DNA of 64,000 bases from Kangiella sp. (GCF_014762745.1 NZ_JABURJ010000015.1:21303-85302), one strand, 5' to 3'. Shown: positions 12,519-21,525, numbered from the stretch's first letter. Program-made: numbers and translations. The notes: generated by a model from the sequence alone, not told the origin.

Positions 12519-14507
12519 TCAGCTGGCCAGACTCGCTTCTCTGAGCTTTTGTATCTCGTCGCGAAGCTTAGCGGCTTTTTCAAACTCGAGGTTTTTGGCC
12601 AGCTCAAGCATCTGCTTTTCCATCTGGGCGATTTCTTTTACCGCATCAGCGAGTGATTTGACTTTGTATTGGCCCAGCTTTTCTGCCACTTTGCGACTTT
12701 TTTTGCTATGGCCTGTGTCCATGACATCGGTGATTTTCTTGCTGACACCAATAGGGGTAATGCCATGCTTTTCATTATATTCCTGCTGAATCGTGCGACG
12801 GCGGTTAGTTTCGCCAATGGCTCGCTCCATGGAGCCTGTAATTCTATCGGCATACAAGATAGCTTTACCGCTAAGATTACGCGCAGCACGGCCAATGGTC
12901 TGAATCAATGAACGCTCTGAGCGCAGGAAACCTTCTTTATCGGCATCAAGTATCGCAACCAAGGATACTTCTGGCATATCGAGACCCTCCCTCAGCAGAT
13001 TGATACCGACCAGTACATCAAACTCGCCTAGACGTAAATCGCGAATAATCTCCATGCGCTCTACCGTGTCGATATCCGAGTGAAGATAACGCACGCGTAC
13101 ACCGTGTTCGGACAAATAGTCGGTCAGATCTTCCGCCATCTTCTTGGTCAGGGTTGTCACCAGCACACGCTCATTTATTTCTACTCGAAGGTGAATCTCA
13201 GAAAGTAGATCATCCACCTGGGTTCCGACTGGCCGCACTTCAACTTCTGGGTCAATCAGTCCCGTTGGACGCACCACCTGTTCGACAATTTGTCCGGCAT
13301 GCTCTTCTTCATATTTACCGGGCGTTGCCGACACAAAAACAGTCTGTGGCGATATTCGTTCAAACTCTTCAAATTTTAAAGGTCTGTTATCCAGAGCCGC
13401 AGGCAGTCGAAAGCCGTAATTAACCAGAGTTTCCTTACGAGAACGGTCACCTTTATACATGGCGCCGATTTGCGACACTGTTACGTGGGATTCGTCGATA
13501 ATCATCAAAGCATCAGGCGGTAAATAGTCCAATAAACAAGGCGGTGGCTCACCAGGCTGTGCGCCGGACAGATAACGTGAGTAGTTTTCGATGCCTGAGC
13601 AATAACCCAGCTCCTGCATCATCTCAATGTCAAACTTCACCCGCTGCTCAAGTCGCTGCGCTTCAACCAGTTTATTCTGCTCGTAAAACTGGGCGAGACG
13701 TTCTTTCAGATCCACCTTAATCTGCTCAATGGCGTCCAGAATCGTCTGGCGCGAAGTAACATAGTGGCTTTTCGGGAAAACGGTCACGCGAGTCAGACGC
13801 TTCAATACTTCACCCGTTAGCGGATCAAAGGTTTGAATGGTTTCCACTTCATCATCAAACAGCTCAATCCTTATTGCATGTTTTTCCGATTCGGCAGGGT
13901 AAATATCAATCAGATCACCTCGCACACGATAGGTAGCGCGCTGCAGGTCAAATTCGTTACGGGTGTATTGAAGCTCTGCCAGACGTCTAAGAATGAATCG
14001 CTGGTCAACCGCATCCCCTACTTTCAGGTGCATCACCATGCTGTGGAAAGCTTTCGGATCACCCAGACCATAAATGGCGGATACCGAGGCAACGATAATG
14101 GTATCTCGACGCTCTAATAAAGCTCGCGTCGCCGAAAGTCGCATTTGCTCGATGTGCTCATTGATCGACGAGTCTTTTTCGATAAAGGTGTCCGAAGCGG
14201 CAACATAGGCTTCCGGTTGATAATAATCGTAGTAGGAAACGAAGTATTCCACCGCGTTATTAGGGAAAAACTCCTTCATCTCGCCATACAGCTGTGCTGC
14301 CAATGTTTTATTGGGCGCCATAATAATCGCCGGGCGACCGCTTTGCGCAATCACATTAGCCATAGTGTAGGTCTTGCCAGAGCCAGTTACCCCAAGCAGT
14401 GTCTGGTGTGACAAACCGTCTTCTAGTCCTTCCAGCAACTGCTTGATGGCTTTGGGCTGGTCGCCCGCTGGCGGGAACGGCGATTGGATATCAAATTGTT
14501 GGCTCAT
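12519..14507 (-). CDS. uvrB: Excinuclease ABC subunit B
   Basis: [16 protein letters not shown] Walker [14 protein letters not shown] beta-hairpin, DESH, C-terminal UVR domain. Confidence 0.97.
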   Translation of the reverse strand: MSQQFDIQSPFPPAGDQPKAIKQLLEGLEDGLSHQTLLGVTGSGKTYTMANVIAQSGRPAIIMAPNKTLAAQLYGEMKEFFPNNAVEYFVSYYDYYQPEAYVAASDTFIEKDSSINEHIEQMRLSATRALLERRDTIIVASVSAIYGLGDPKAFHSMVMHLKVGDAVDQRFILRRLAELQYTRNEFDLQRATYRVRGDLIDIYPAESEKHAIRIELFDDEVETIQTFDPLTGEVLKRLTRVTVFPKSHYVTSRQTILDAIEQIKVDLKERLAQFYEQNKLVEAQRLEQRVKFDIEMMQELGYCSGIENYSRYLSGAQPGEPPPCLLDYLPPDALMIIDESHVTVSQIGAMYKGDRSRKETLVNYGFRLPAALDNRPLKFEEFERISPQTVFVSATPGKYEEEHAGQIVEQVVRPTGLIDPEVEVRPVGTQVDDLLSEIHLRVEINERVLVTTLTKKMAEDLTDYLSEHGVRVRYLHSDIDTVERMEIIRDLRLGEFDVLVGINLLREGLDMPEVSLVAILDADKEGFLRSERSLIQTIGRAARNLSGKAILYADRITGSMERAIGETNRRRTIQQEYNEKHGITPIGVSKKITDVMDTGHSKKSRKVAEKLGQYKVKSLADAVKEIAQMEKQMLELAKNLEFEKAAKLRDEIQKLREASLAS

Positions 14508-14631
14508 GACTTTTACTTATACACTCTATGTAAAACAACGCTGCTAAAACTTGGGTGGGCGAAAAAGTTGGAGTATCATTGCCAGATATTCTCGCACACT
14601 CAACATCGATCAAACAAATTAAGGGGATACG

Positions 14632-15810
14632 GTGGCTATTCAACTTTCCGAACGTGTAAAACTTGTTAAACCATCACCAACGCTTGCGGTGGCAGCTAAA
14701 GCTAAGGAACTCAAGGCTCAAGGCCGTCCAGTTGTTGGATTGGGCACCGGTGAACCTGACTTTGATACACCGGAGCATATTAAGCAAGCGGCTATTGAAG
14801 CCATCAGAGGCGGCGCAACCAAATACACGCCAGTGGATGGTACACCTGAGCTAAAGCAGGCTGTTATCGACAAGTTCAAGCGTGATAATAACCTTGACTA
14901 TCAAGCCAACCAGATCCTTGTATCATGTGGGGGCAAACAAAGTTTTTACAACCTTTGCCAGGCTCTAATCAATGACGGCGATGAGGTTATTATTCCTGCT
15001 CCCTACTGGGTTTCCTATCCCGACATGGCCATCCTGGCAGGCGGCAAGCCGGTCATCATTGAAACCACCATTGAGCAACACCTGAAAATCACCCCAGAGC
15101 AGTTGCGAAACGCCATTACTGACAAAACCAAATTGTTTGTCATCAATAGCCCTAGCAATCCGACCGGTGTTGCCTACAGCAAAGAAGAACTCAAAGCCTT
15201 GGCTGACGTTTTGCTTGAGTACCCGAATGTTGTAGTGGCCACTGACGATATGTATGAGCATATCCTTTGGACCGAACAACCTTTTGTGAACATCTTGAAT
15301 GTCTGCCCTGAACTGTATGATAGAACAGTGGTTTTAAATGGTGTGTCCAAGGCTTATGCCATGACTGGCTGGCGCATTGGTTACGCTGGTGGCCCAGCAG
15401 ACCTGATTGGCGCCATGAAAAAGATTCAGTCGCAAAGCACTTCGAATCCTGCTGCTCCGAGTCAGGCAGCGGCCACGGCAGCACTAGCCGGTGATCAGTC
15501 CTGCATTAAGCCAATGCTTGAAGCTTTCAAAAAGCGCCATGACTACCTGGTTCATGCTTTGAACAGTATCGAAGGAGTCACCTGCCTACCAAGCGACGGC
15601 ACCTTCTACGCCTTCCCGAATATGCAGGGTTTAATCGACAAGCATGGCTGTGAATCTGATCTTGATTTTGCTGAGCTGTTGATTGAAAAAGTGGACCTGG
15701 CACTGGTACCTGGTTCGGCATTTGGCGCACCAGGCCACCTGCGTTTATCCTATGCTGCAAGCATGGAAACGCTTGAGGAAGCTATCGCAAGACTCAGAAA
15801 AATGGCCTAA
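14632..15810 (+). CDS. aspC: PLP-dependent aspartate/aromatic aminotransferase class I
   Basis: GEPDFDTP, NSPSNPTG, DDMYE, SKAYAMTGWRIGY. Confidence 0.9.
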   Translation: MAIQLSERVKLVKPSPTLAVAAKAKELKAQGRPVVGLGTGEPDFDTPEHIKQAAIEAIRGGATKYTPVDGTPELKQAVIDKFKRDNNLDYQANQILVSCGGKQSFYNLCQALINDGDEVIIPAPYWVSYPDMAILAGGKPVIIETTIEQHLKITPEQLRNAITDKTKLFVINSPSNPTGVAYSKEELKALADVLLEYPNVVVATDDMYEHILWTEQPFVNILNVCPELYDRTVVLNGVSKAYAMTGWRIGYAGGPADLIGAMKKIQSQSTSNPAAPSQAAATAALAGDQSCIKPMLEAFKKRHDYLVHALNSIEGVTCLPSDGTFYAFPNMQGLIDKHGCESDLDFAELLIEKVDLALVPGSAFGAPGHLRLSYAASMETLEEAIARLRKMA

Positions 15811-15835
15811 ATTTAAAAAAATTATCACTTGGGTG

Positions 15836-15864
15836 TTGACCGTTAAGCGAAATATGTCTATTAT
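15836..15864 (+). promoter_or_regulatory. sigma70 promoter for tRNA-Asn
   Basis: TTGACC-17bp-TATTAT followed by a GC-rich discriminator (CTCGCCCC), typical of stable-RNA promoters. Confidence 0.7.
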
Positions 15865-15902
15865 CTCGCCCCGTTCAGCACACAAAGTGATGAACGCAAA
15901 AT

Positions 15903-15978
15903 TCCCCCTTAGTTCAGTTGGTAGAACGGTGGACTGTTAATCCATATGTCGCTGGTTCAAGTCCAGCAGGGGGAGCCA
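15903..15978 (+). tRNA. tRNA-Asn (GTT)
   Basis: Acceptor stem TCCCCCT/AGGGGGA, anticodon arm GTGGA-CTGTTAA-TCCAT, GGTTCAAGTCC T-loop, encoded CCA. Confidence 0.97.
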
Positions 15979-15983
15979 TATTT

Positions 15984-16015
15984 AAAAGGCCTTACAGCAA
16001 TGTAAGGCCTTTTTT
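15984..16015 (+). terminator. Intrinsic terminator after tRNA-Asn
   Basis: AAGGCCTTACA-GCAA-TGTAAGGCCTT followed by a T tract. Confidence 0.85.
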
Positions 16016-16098
16016 GTTGCGCAATATAAAAGTTGTGTAGACGTCATGTAGGCGGCAGAAAAAATGTGCTCAATTGTAATGCAGGGAAGTTATTCGGC

Positions 16099-16129
16099 AA
16101 ACGCTACTCACTTATGCAAGTAGCGTTTT
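16099..16129 (-). terminator. Terminator hairpin after uspA
   Basis: AAACGCTAC...GTAGCGTTTT inverted repeat 26 bp past the uspA stop. Confidence 0.55.
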
Positions 16130-16154
16130 CAGGGATGGTTTAACGCAACAGATT

Positions 16155-17006
16155 TTATCTCAACAGAATAAGTGGAATATTACTGTTGCTAATCATGGTT
16201 TGGGTATTACTGCCAACGAAGAATTGGCGAACGCGGGAATGCCCATAAGCACCCATGATCATCATTTCAATACCAACCTTATGGCGATAGGCTTTCAATG
16301 CTTCGATAACCTCGCCTTCAACTAATGCTGACTGGACAGTGTGGCCATGCTTTTTCAAAATCTCAGTGGCTTGGTTTAGGGCCTGATTATTTTTTTCGTT
16401 ATCATCACCGACCATCACAATATGCCCTTCCAAACCTTTCAACAAAGGACTCGCGGCGACGCGATCAATAGCTTTGTTGGCAGTATCGCTACCATCATAA
16501 GCAATCATGTAGTTCTTCGGAGCTTTGAACTCTCCTACCGCAACCAGAATCGGCACATGCATGGCGCGGATAACGCTTTCCAGCTGCGAGCCAATAGTAT
16601 GGGCTGAAATATCATGATCTTCGCCCAAGCGCCCAATAACCAATAAACGCATACTGGATTCGAGTTCTGTTAATGACTCAAGCAGACTGCCATGACGCTG
16701 TTGCATCAGGACATTAGTAGCACCCTGCTCCACAGCACGCTGACGTGCATCTTCCAGCATATGCTTACCATGCTCCAACGCAATCCGGCTACGCTTCTCA
16801 TCAAGCTCGGTTAGCTGCTCTAGCAGGGATTCTCGAGCACCCAGTCCAATTGAACCAGAAAGGTTTTCATTTTCAGGGCTGACTGTTTTTTCCAGTACAT
16901 GGAGCAGATTCAAAGGTGCTTCCAGCTTTTTGCTCGCCCAGACCGCTGCGTCACACACCGAAGCTGACATGGCAGAGCCATCAATACAGGCAATTATATT
17001 TTTCAT
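16155..17006 (-). CDS. Tandem-domain universal stress protein
   Basis: IIACIDGS start, LLVIGRLG, second Usp domain IAYDGS...MGAYGHSRVRQFFVGSNT. Confidence 0.9.
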   Translation of the reverse strand: MKNIIACIDGSAMSASVCDAAVWASKKLEAPLNLLHVLEKTVSPENENLSGSIGLGARESLLEQLTELDEKRSRIALEHGKHMLEDARQRAVEQGATNVLMQQRHGSLLESLTELESSMRLLVIGRLGEDHDISAHTIGSQLESVIRAMHVPILVAVGEFKAPKNYMIAYDGSDTANKAIDRVAASPLLKGLEGHIVMVGDDNEKNNQALNQATEILKKHGHTVQSALVEGEVIEALKAYRHKVGIEMMIMGAYGHSRVRQFFVGSNTQTMISNSNIPLILLR

Positions 17007-17027
17007 ATCATTCTCCTCAGGTGCAGA

Positions 17028-18518
17028 CTAGTGTCCAGACATCAGCTTTTCAACCTCTTCCGGTTTATCATAAATACTAAACTTATCGACAACCGTTTTT
17101 GAGGCTTCATTCAGTCCAATTACATTAACATGAGTGCCCTCACGACGGAACTTGATAACGACCTTATCCAACGCACCAACCGCAGTGATATCCCAGAAGT
17201 GGGCATGCGTCAGATCAATGGTGACTTCTTCAATGGCTTCCTTAAAGTCGAAAGCACCAATAAACTTCTCCGAGGAAGCAAAGAACACCTGACCAACCAC
17301 CTCATAGTAGCGTGAACTCACGTTTTGCTCATTCGTACGTTTAATGATCATAAAGCGGCCAATTTTATTGGCAAAGAATAGCGCCGCCATCAAGACACCA
17401 ACGAATACACCGATTGCCAGATTATGAGTTGCGACAACCACGACGACGGTTGCTACCATCACCAGATTGGTAGACATCGGGTGTTTTTTGAGATCTTTAA
17501 TAGATGACCATGAGAAAGTACCGATTGAGACCATGATCATTACCGCAACGAGTGCGGCCATCGGAATCAAGCTAATCCACTCATCCAGAAAAACCACTAA
17601 AACAATAAGAACAGAGCCTGCAATAAAGGTCGACAAACGCCCACGACCACCTGACTTAACATTAATCACAGACTGACCAATCATGGCACAGCCCGCCATA
17701 CCGCCCATCAAACCGGCACCAATATTGGCAATACCCTGACCTTTACACTCGCGATTCTTATCGCTCGGTGTATCGGTTAAATCATCGACAATGGTAGCTG
17801 TCATCAACGATTCTAGAAGACCGACTACAGCCAATGCCGCCGAAGTTGGGAAAATAATCATCAATGTTTCCAGGTTCAGAGGAACATCAGGCCACAAGAA
17901 GATTGGTAAGGTATCAGGCAATTTACCTTTATCTCCGACCGTCGGTATATCCCAACCCAGCGCCACTACAGCGATAGTAATTCCGACAATACAAATCAAA
18001 GGCGACGGAAGAATTTTTCCGATAACAGGGATCAGAGGAAATAAATAGATAATGGCCAAACCTACCGCGACAAAGAAATACACATGCCAGGTAACATCAA
18101 TCAGTTCGGGAATCTGCGCCATAAAAATCAATATCGCCAGAGCATTAACAAAACCAGTAACCACCGAGCGGGAAACAAAACGCATCAGCCCATCAAGACG
18201 AAGATAGCCTGCAGCGATTTGTAAAATACCGGTAAGAACCGTAGCAGCCAACAAATATTCAAGTCCATGCTCTTTGACCAGCGTCACCATAAGCAAAGCC
18301 ATAGCGCCGGTTGCTGCCGAAATCATGCCCGGACGACCGCCAACAAAGGCAATGATAACCGCGATACAGAAAGAGGCATAAAGGCCAACCTTAGGGTCAA
18401 CTTCAGCAATAATTGAAAAAGCGATAGCCTCTGGGATTAAAGCCAGAGCAACCACTAAACCGGCAAGCAGATCGCCTCTGATGTTTGAGAACCAGTCTCT
18501 TTTGATAGTTTGTAACAT
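17028..18518 (-). CDS. sulP: SulP family inorganic anion transporter with STAS domain
   Basis: GLVVALALIPEAIAFS, GGRPGMISAATGA, GCAMIGQSVIN, STAS GQVFFAS...HFWD. Confidence 0.92.
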   Translation of the reverse strand: MLQTIKRDWFSNIRGDLLAGLVVALALIPEAIAFSIIAEVDPKVGLYASFCIAVIIAFVGGRPGMISAATGAMALLMVTLVKEHGLEYLLAATVLTGILQIAAGYLRLDGLMRFVSRSVVTGFVNALAILIFMAQIPELIDVTWHVYFFVAVGLAIIYLFPLIPVIGKILPSPLICIVGITIAVVALGWDIPTVGDKGKLPDTLPIFLWPDVPLNLETLMIIFPTSAALAVVGLLESLMTATIVDDLTDTPSDKNRECKGQGIANIGAGLMGGMAGCAMIGQSVINVKSGGRGRLSTFIAGSVLIVLVVFLDEWISLIPMAALVAVMIMVSIGTFSWSSIKDLKKHPMSTNLVMVATVVVVVATHNLAIGVFVGVLMAALFFANKIGRFMIIKRTNEQNVSSRYYEVVGQVFFASSEKFIGAFDFKEAIEEVTIDLTHAHFWDITAVGALDKVVIKFRREGTHVNVIGLNEASKTVVDKFSIYDKPEEVEKLMSGH

Positions 18519-18722
18519 TGTAATAACCGTAAAATATGAATCACGACTGTTAAGCCGTATTTAAAAACAAGCAGGAAATACTCGCAGCCAGGGGCGAGCC
18601 AATTGATAACTAGAGGTGTTATCTAAGGGAATAAGTGTGCGCTATGGCGGACTAATGAGCATTAAAACTCGGTTCTGGCTAAAAGGAGCGCGGAGTTTAC
18701 CAGCGAGGATAGTCAATTACAA
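18519..18722 (-). promoter_or_regulatory. sulP promoter and long 5' leader, possible cis-regulatory RNA (sul1-like)
   Basis: TTGTAA-17bp-TAAACT (18722-18694) gives a ~170-nt leader with AAACTC/GAGTTT complementarity. The family assignment is unverified. Confidence 0.4.
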
Positions 18723-18775
18723 ATTAACTTGATTGCCTCAGGAGCTAAGATTAGTAATGTCGGTAGCCGCTTGGC

Positions 18776-18858
18776 TGGGTCTCCCCCTTCGGGGATTTCC
18801 GACCTACGGAGTGAAGCATGAGCAATTGTTGGGATTCACTCTGTTCATCCCCACCTAC
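18776..18858 (-). repeat. Two GTAG-type REP-like elements
   Basis: GTAGGTCGGAAATCCCC-GAA-GGGGG (18807-18776) and GTAGGTGGGGATGAACAGAGTGAATCCCAAC (18858-18828). The second is 24/31 identical to 5314-5344. Confidence 0.6.
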
Positions 18859-18927
18859 ATCCACCCAAAGTACTTTGGCCTGCTACAGGCATGATCGTCC
18901 ACTCTAAAGTGGCTAAATATTTTGGGC

Positions 18928-19100
18928 AAAAAAAAAGCCGAGAACGAATCTCGGCCAAATCCCACCATATAGCTGAAGGAAAACTGATTAGGGGTATGCC
19001 CTATTTCTGAAATGGAAACTTTTGCTTCAATACGATTCAATACTTTATTTGTCTTCCACTCTGTGATACAAATAGCTATCGAATGCATTTCAGAACTTGG
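18928..19100 (-). ncRNA. Candidate ~170-nt small RNA transcribed divergently from the XRE regulator
   Basis: Promoter TTGATT-17-TATTAT (19134-19106) and terminator GCCGAGA-TTCGT-TCTCGGC-T9 (18954-18928). No ORF with an RBS fits between them. Confidence 0.5.
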
Positions 19101-19105
19101 TTTAA

Positions 19106-19134
19106 ATAATAATGCAAATATGCATACAAATCAA
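19106..19134 (-). promoter_or_regulatory. sigma70 promoter with an ATGCA-N4-TGCAT operator-like palindrome in its spacer
   Basis: -35 at 19134-19129, -10 at 19111-19106, inverted repeat 19112-19125, extra TGCAT half-sites at 19083 and 19143. Confidence 0.55.
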
Positions 19135-19165
19135 ACCGAATTTGCATCTTTTTTAGGAAATCTGA

Positions 19166-19555
19166 ATGAGCGAAATAATTGATCAACTAAAACAGCTTAT
19201 GCAAAGCCTTGGAGAAACGGATTATTCCATGCAGCATAAGGCTCACATCAGCCAATCGACCATTTATCGTATTTTAGAGGGGAAAACATCTGATCCAGGT
19301 GTTCATAAAATCGATGGTTTGGCTAGAGCGCTTGGATATAGGCTGGCTCTGGTTCCAATGAGCGAATACTATACTCAGGTAGATTATGGTGCAGAGGTTG
19401 ACACACTTGGCAAAATCATCGCCTTAGTAGAGTCACTATCAACAACTCGCGGTATTAACCTTACTCCTGAAGAGAAAGCAGAATTAATCCTCCAAAACTA
19501 TCGTGCTAATAGCAGTAAAGAAGAACTTGGGGTTAGAATCGCCAATTTGAAGTAG
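19166..19555 (+). CDS. XRE/cI-like helix-turn-helix transcriptional regulator
   Basis: ISQSTIYRILEGKTSDPGVHKIDGLARALG HTH_3 pattern, C-terminal LTPEEKAELI helix, AGGA RBS. Confidence 0.85.
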   Translation: MSEIIDQLKQLMQSLGETDYSMQHKAHISQSTIYRILEGKTSDPGVHKIDGLARALGYRLALVPMSEYYTQVDYGAEVDTLGKIIALVESLSTTRGINLTPEEKAELILQNYRANSSKEELGVRIANLK

Positions 19556-19605
19556 CTTTCTATTAGCTATTAGAGTTAGCCAAAAGAATTTTAAACAGAT
19601 AAACC

Positions 19606-19632
19606 AAAGGCCTGCAATTGCAGGCCTTTTTT
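19606..19632. terminator. Bidirectional intrinsic terminator between convergent genes
   Basis: AAAGGCCTGC-AATT-GCAGGCCTTT followed by TTT. Confidence 0.8.
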
Positions 19633-19654
19633 GTACTTTGAAAAATTATTGGTA

Positions 19655-20041
19655 TTAAGTTCTAGTGAACTCTGTTGGCGCTTTAGTGCTTTGTAGCTGA
19701 ATAGGCTTTAAGAAACCACGTGATTGAATAATACGTCGATTATTGGTTTCAAACTCCTGTAGCTTTTGGTTCCACAACAGAATCTCACGCAACTTATCTT
19801 TCTCAGGTAAGTTGCTAGACTCAATCTGTGAATATTCCTGGAGCAAACGCAAACCAATCATATCAGCTCGTTGGAAAGCTGATAGATCTATAACGTTGCC
19901 ATTAGACTCATATTCGCTATCTAGCGAATACTCATCATAAGGAACGTCGATTCGTCCGCGGTAAGCTTTCAGGATTAGCCAAAACAGCGCTGCTGCGAAC
20001 GCTGCTAACACTAAACCGTAGGCCAAAAATAGTAATGCCAT
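19655..20041 (-). CDS. Hypothetical single-pass membrane protein
   Basis: N-terminal TM (LLFLAYGLVLAAFAAALFWLIL) then KAYRGR, AGGAAG upstream, ends just before the terminator; overlaps the upstream ORF by 107 nt. Confidence 0.6.
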   Translation of the reverse strand: MALLFLAYGLVLAAFAAALFWLILKAYRGRIDVPYDEYSLDSEYESNGNVIDLSAFQRADMIGLRLLQEYSQIESSNLPEKDKLREILLWNQKLQEFETNNRRIIQSRGFLKPIQLQSTKAPTEFTRT

Positions 20042-20531
20042 TGATTTTTCTTCCTAATGTTACCACCAGCTGTTTAGCCACTGGTGTTAATAAAGCTAAT
20101 ATGATGCAGATGTTTACGGCATTCAGCGTATAGCTTTGTATGCCTTTTATTATTTCGAAATCTGTATAGTGTCTTTCTATAAAACGGATTAAGTGAAATC
20201 CAATTGCAAGAATAGTTAGCACACTTACTGCAAACTCTTCTTTTAAAACTCTACCAGTGGTCACTGCTCTATAAGCCACATAGAGTAGTATCAATATATC
20301 TGTGACCATCCACGATATATACCATATAAACTTTGCTTCTGTATGATTCCAAAGAATTGGAGTAATAATCCAATTTATAAACTGAATTACAACAATTGCC
20401 ATACAAAACTGAACAAGCCTTGAGTTCTTTGTAAATGCCAAATGCAAAATTAAACACCCCACAAGCGATAAAGTAAAAATATCGCTCGTGAGGTCAAGTA
20501 AGTTATACTGATTTACAAAGTTTTGAATCAA
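19935..20531 (-). CDS. Hypothetical polytopic membrane protein (~5 TM)
   Basis: Five hydrophobic segments separated by short charged loops; TTG start overlaps the stop of the upstream peptide ORF (TTGA). Confidence 0.75.
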   Translation of the reverse strand: MIQNFVNQYNLLDLTSDIFTLSLVGCLILHLAFTKNSRLVQFCMAIVVIQFINWIITPILWNHTEAKFIWYISWMVTDILILLYVAYRAVTTGRVLKEEFAVSVLTILAIGFHLIRFIERHYTDFEIIKGIQSYTLNAVNICIILALLTPVAKQLVVTLGRKINGITIFGLRFSVSSVRSSAVLANPESLPRTNRRSL

Positions 20532-20683
20532 TTCTCTTTCTCTTTATTTGGGTTATCACCTGGGTCACCACCACCACCACCAGTGAAAACATGCACTATT
20601 GGTGTTTCTTCAAACGCAGGCGCTTCAAAATTTTGTGGTTCTGAGATAGATAAATAGCAGATCATAGCGATAGTTTCAAACAT
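20528..20683 (-). CDS. Unannotated 51-aa peptide with a Gly5 tract
   Basis: MFETIAMICYLSISEPQNFEAPAFEETPIVHVFTGGGGGDPGDNPNKEKEN; AAGAGG RBS 8 nt upstream; stop overlaps the next start. Confidence 0.7.
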   Translation of the reverse strand: MFETIAMICYLSISEPQNFEAPAFEETPIVHVFTGGGGGDPGDNPNKEKEN

Positions 20684-20907
20684 AATATTTTCCTCTTAAG
20701 TAGATGATTTAGTAAAAAAAAGCCTATAGAATTTACTCACATAGCATTTAGAAAAACAAATTGCACGGGGAACGTTAACTAACTCATTGCTTTTAAAAGA
20801 ATTTCCTAACAGCTCTCATTTTTGCAATCCATTTACTCTGTACAAATTTTAGCCACAGTTGATTATTAAAAGTGTGAACTAAATTTTACATTTGATAAAA
20901 ATATTTT

Positions 20908-21525
20908 ATGAGTCGATTTCTTAAAAAATACGCATTCGCATTACTCTTAAGTCATATTTGCATTATTAGCTACCTACTTTTGCCTCAATCTAACTTATGG
21001 ATGGCTTATGATCGACCCCTTGTCGAAAATGGACAGTGGTGGCGCTTTATTACAGCAAACCTGGTTCACCTTGGTGGCTGGCATACCATTATGAACTTAG
21101 CCAGTCTTTGGCTGATTAGCTTTATCTTTCAGCCACTGTTAAAAATGTCTCACTGGATTGGTTGGGTGCTACTGCTTTACTTTGTTAACATCTTGGCGAT
21201 GCATCTATGGACCCCACATATTATTCACTACGTTGGTATGTCCGGGGCTCTATACGGATTGATTGCGGCATGTGCGACTGCAGAGCTAAGACTTGGTGTA
21301 AAAATCAGTGGTGTACTGCTGATTATCGTCGGCATAAAAATCTTTTTGCCACAAATTGTTGGTGTTGAATCTGAATATGATGAATTTTTAGGTGGGGCAG
21401 TGGTTGAAGAGTCTCATATTATAGGCTTTATTCAGGGGATCATTCTCGGTCTCTTGTGGCCTAAGCAATTACTGAACGGGCCAGTGCTTCAGTCAATCCT
21501 CAAATCAAACAAGTCTAAAGAATAA
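20908..21525 (+). CDS. Rhombosortase (rhomboid protease, GlyGly-CTERM processing)
   Basis: GQWWRFITANLVH....H..MN, YVGMSGALYG catalytic Ser, late H (ESHIIG). Confidence 0.75.
   Translation: MSRFLKKYAFALLLSHICIISYLLLPQSNLWMAYDRPLVENGQWWRFITANLVHLGGWHTIMNLASLWLISFIFQPLLKMSHWIGWVLLLYFVNILAMHLWTPHIIHYVGMSGALYGLIAACATAELRLGVKISGVLLIIVGIKIFLPQIVGVESEYDEFLGGAVVEESHIIGFIQGIILGLLWPKQLLNGPVLQSILKSNKSKE

Noticed and set aside
14508-14631. LexA (SOS) box upstream of uvrB
   Set aside because: I could not find a convincing CTGT-N8-ACAG by eye.
18781-18788. CTCCCCCT, the reverse complement of the tRNA-Asn 3' end, as a possible attR
   Set aside because: It is only 8 bp, in inverted orientation and part of a REP hairpin. 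An att duplication should be a longer direct repeat.
18855-19088. 77-aa ORF on the minus strand
   Set aside because: It has no SD, reads through a strong intrinsic terminator and ends in a REP. A non-coding RNA explains the signals better.
20528-21525. Gly5 peptide as a substrate of the adjacent rhombosortase
   Set aside because: GlyGly-CTERM requires GG followed by a TM helix and basic tail. The peptide has a polar tail, and the adjacency is probably the island boundary.
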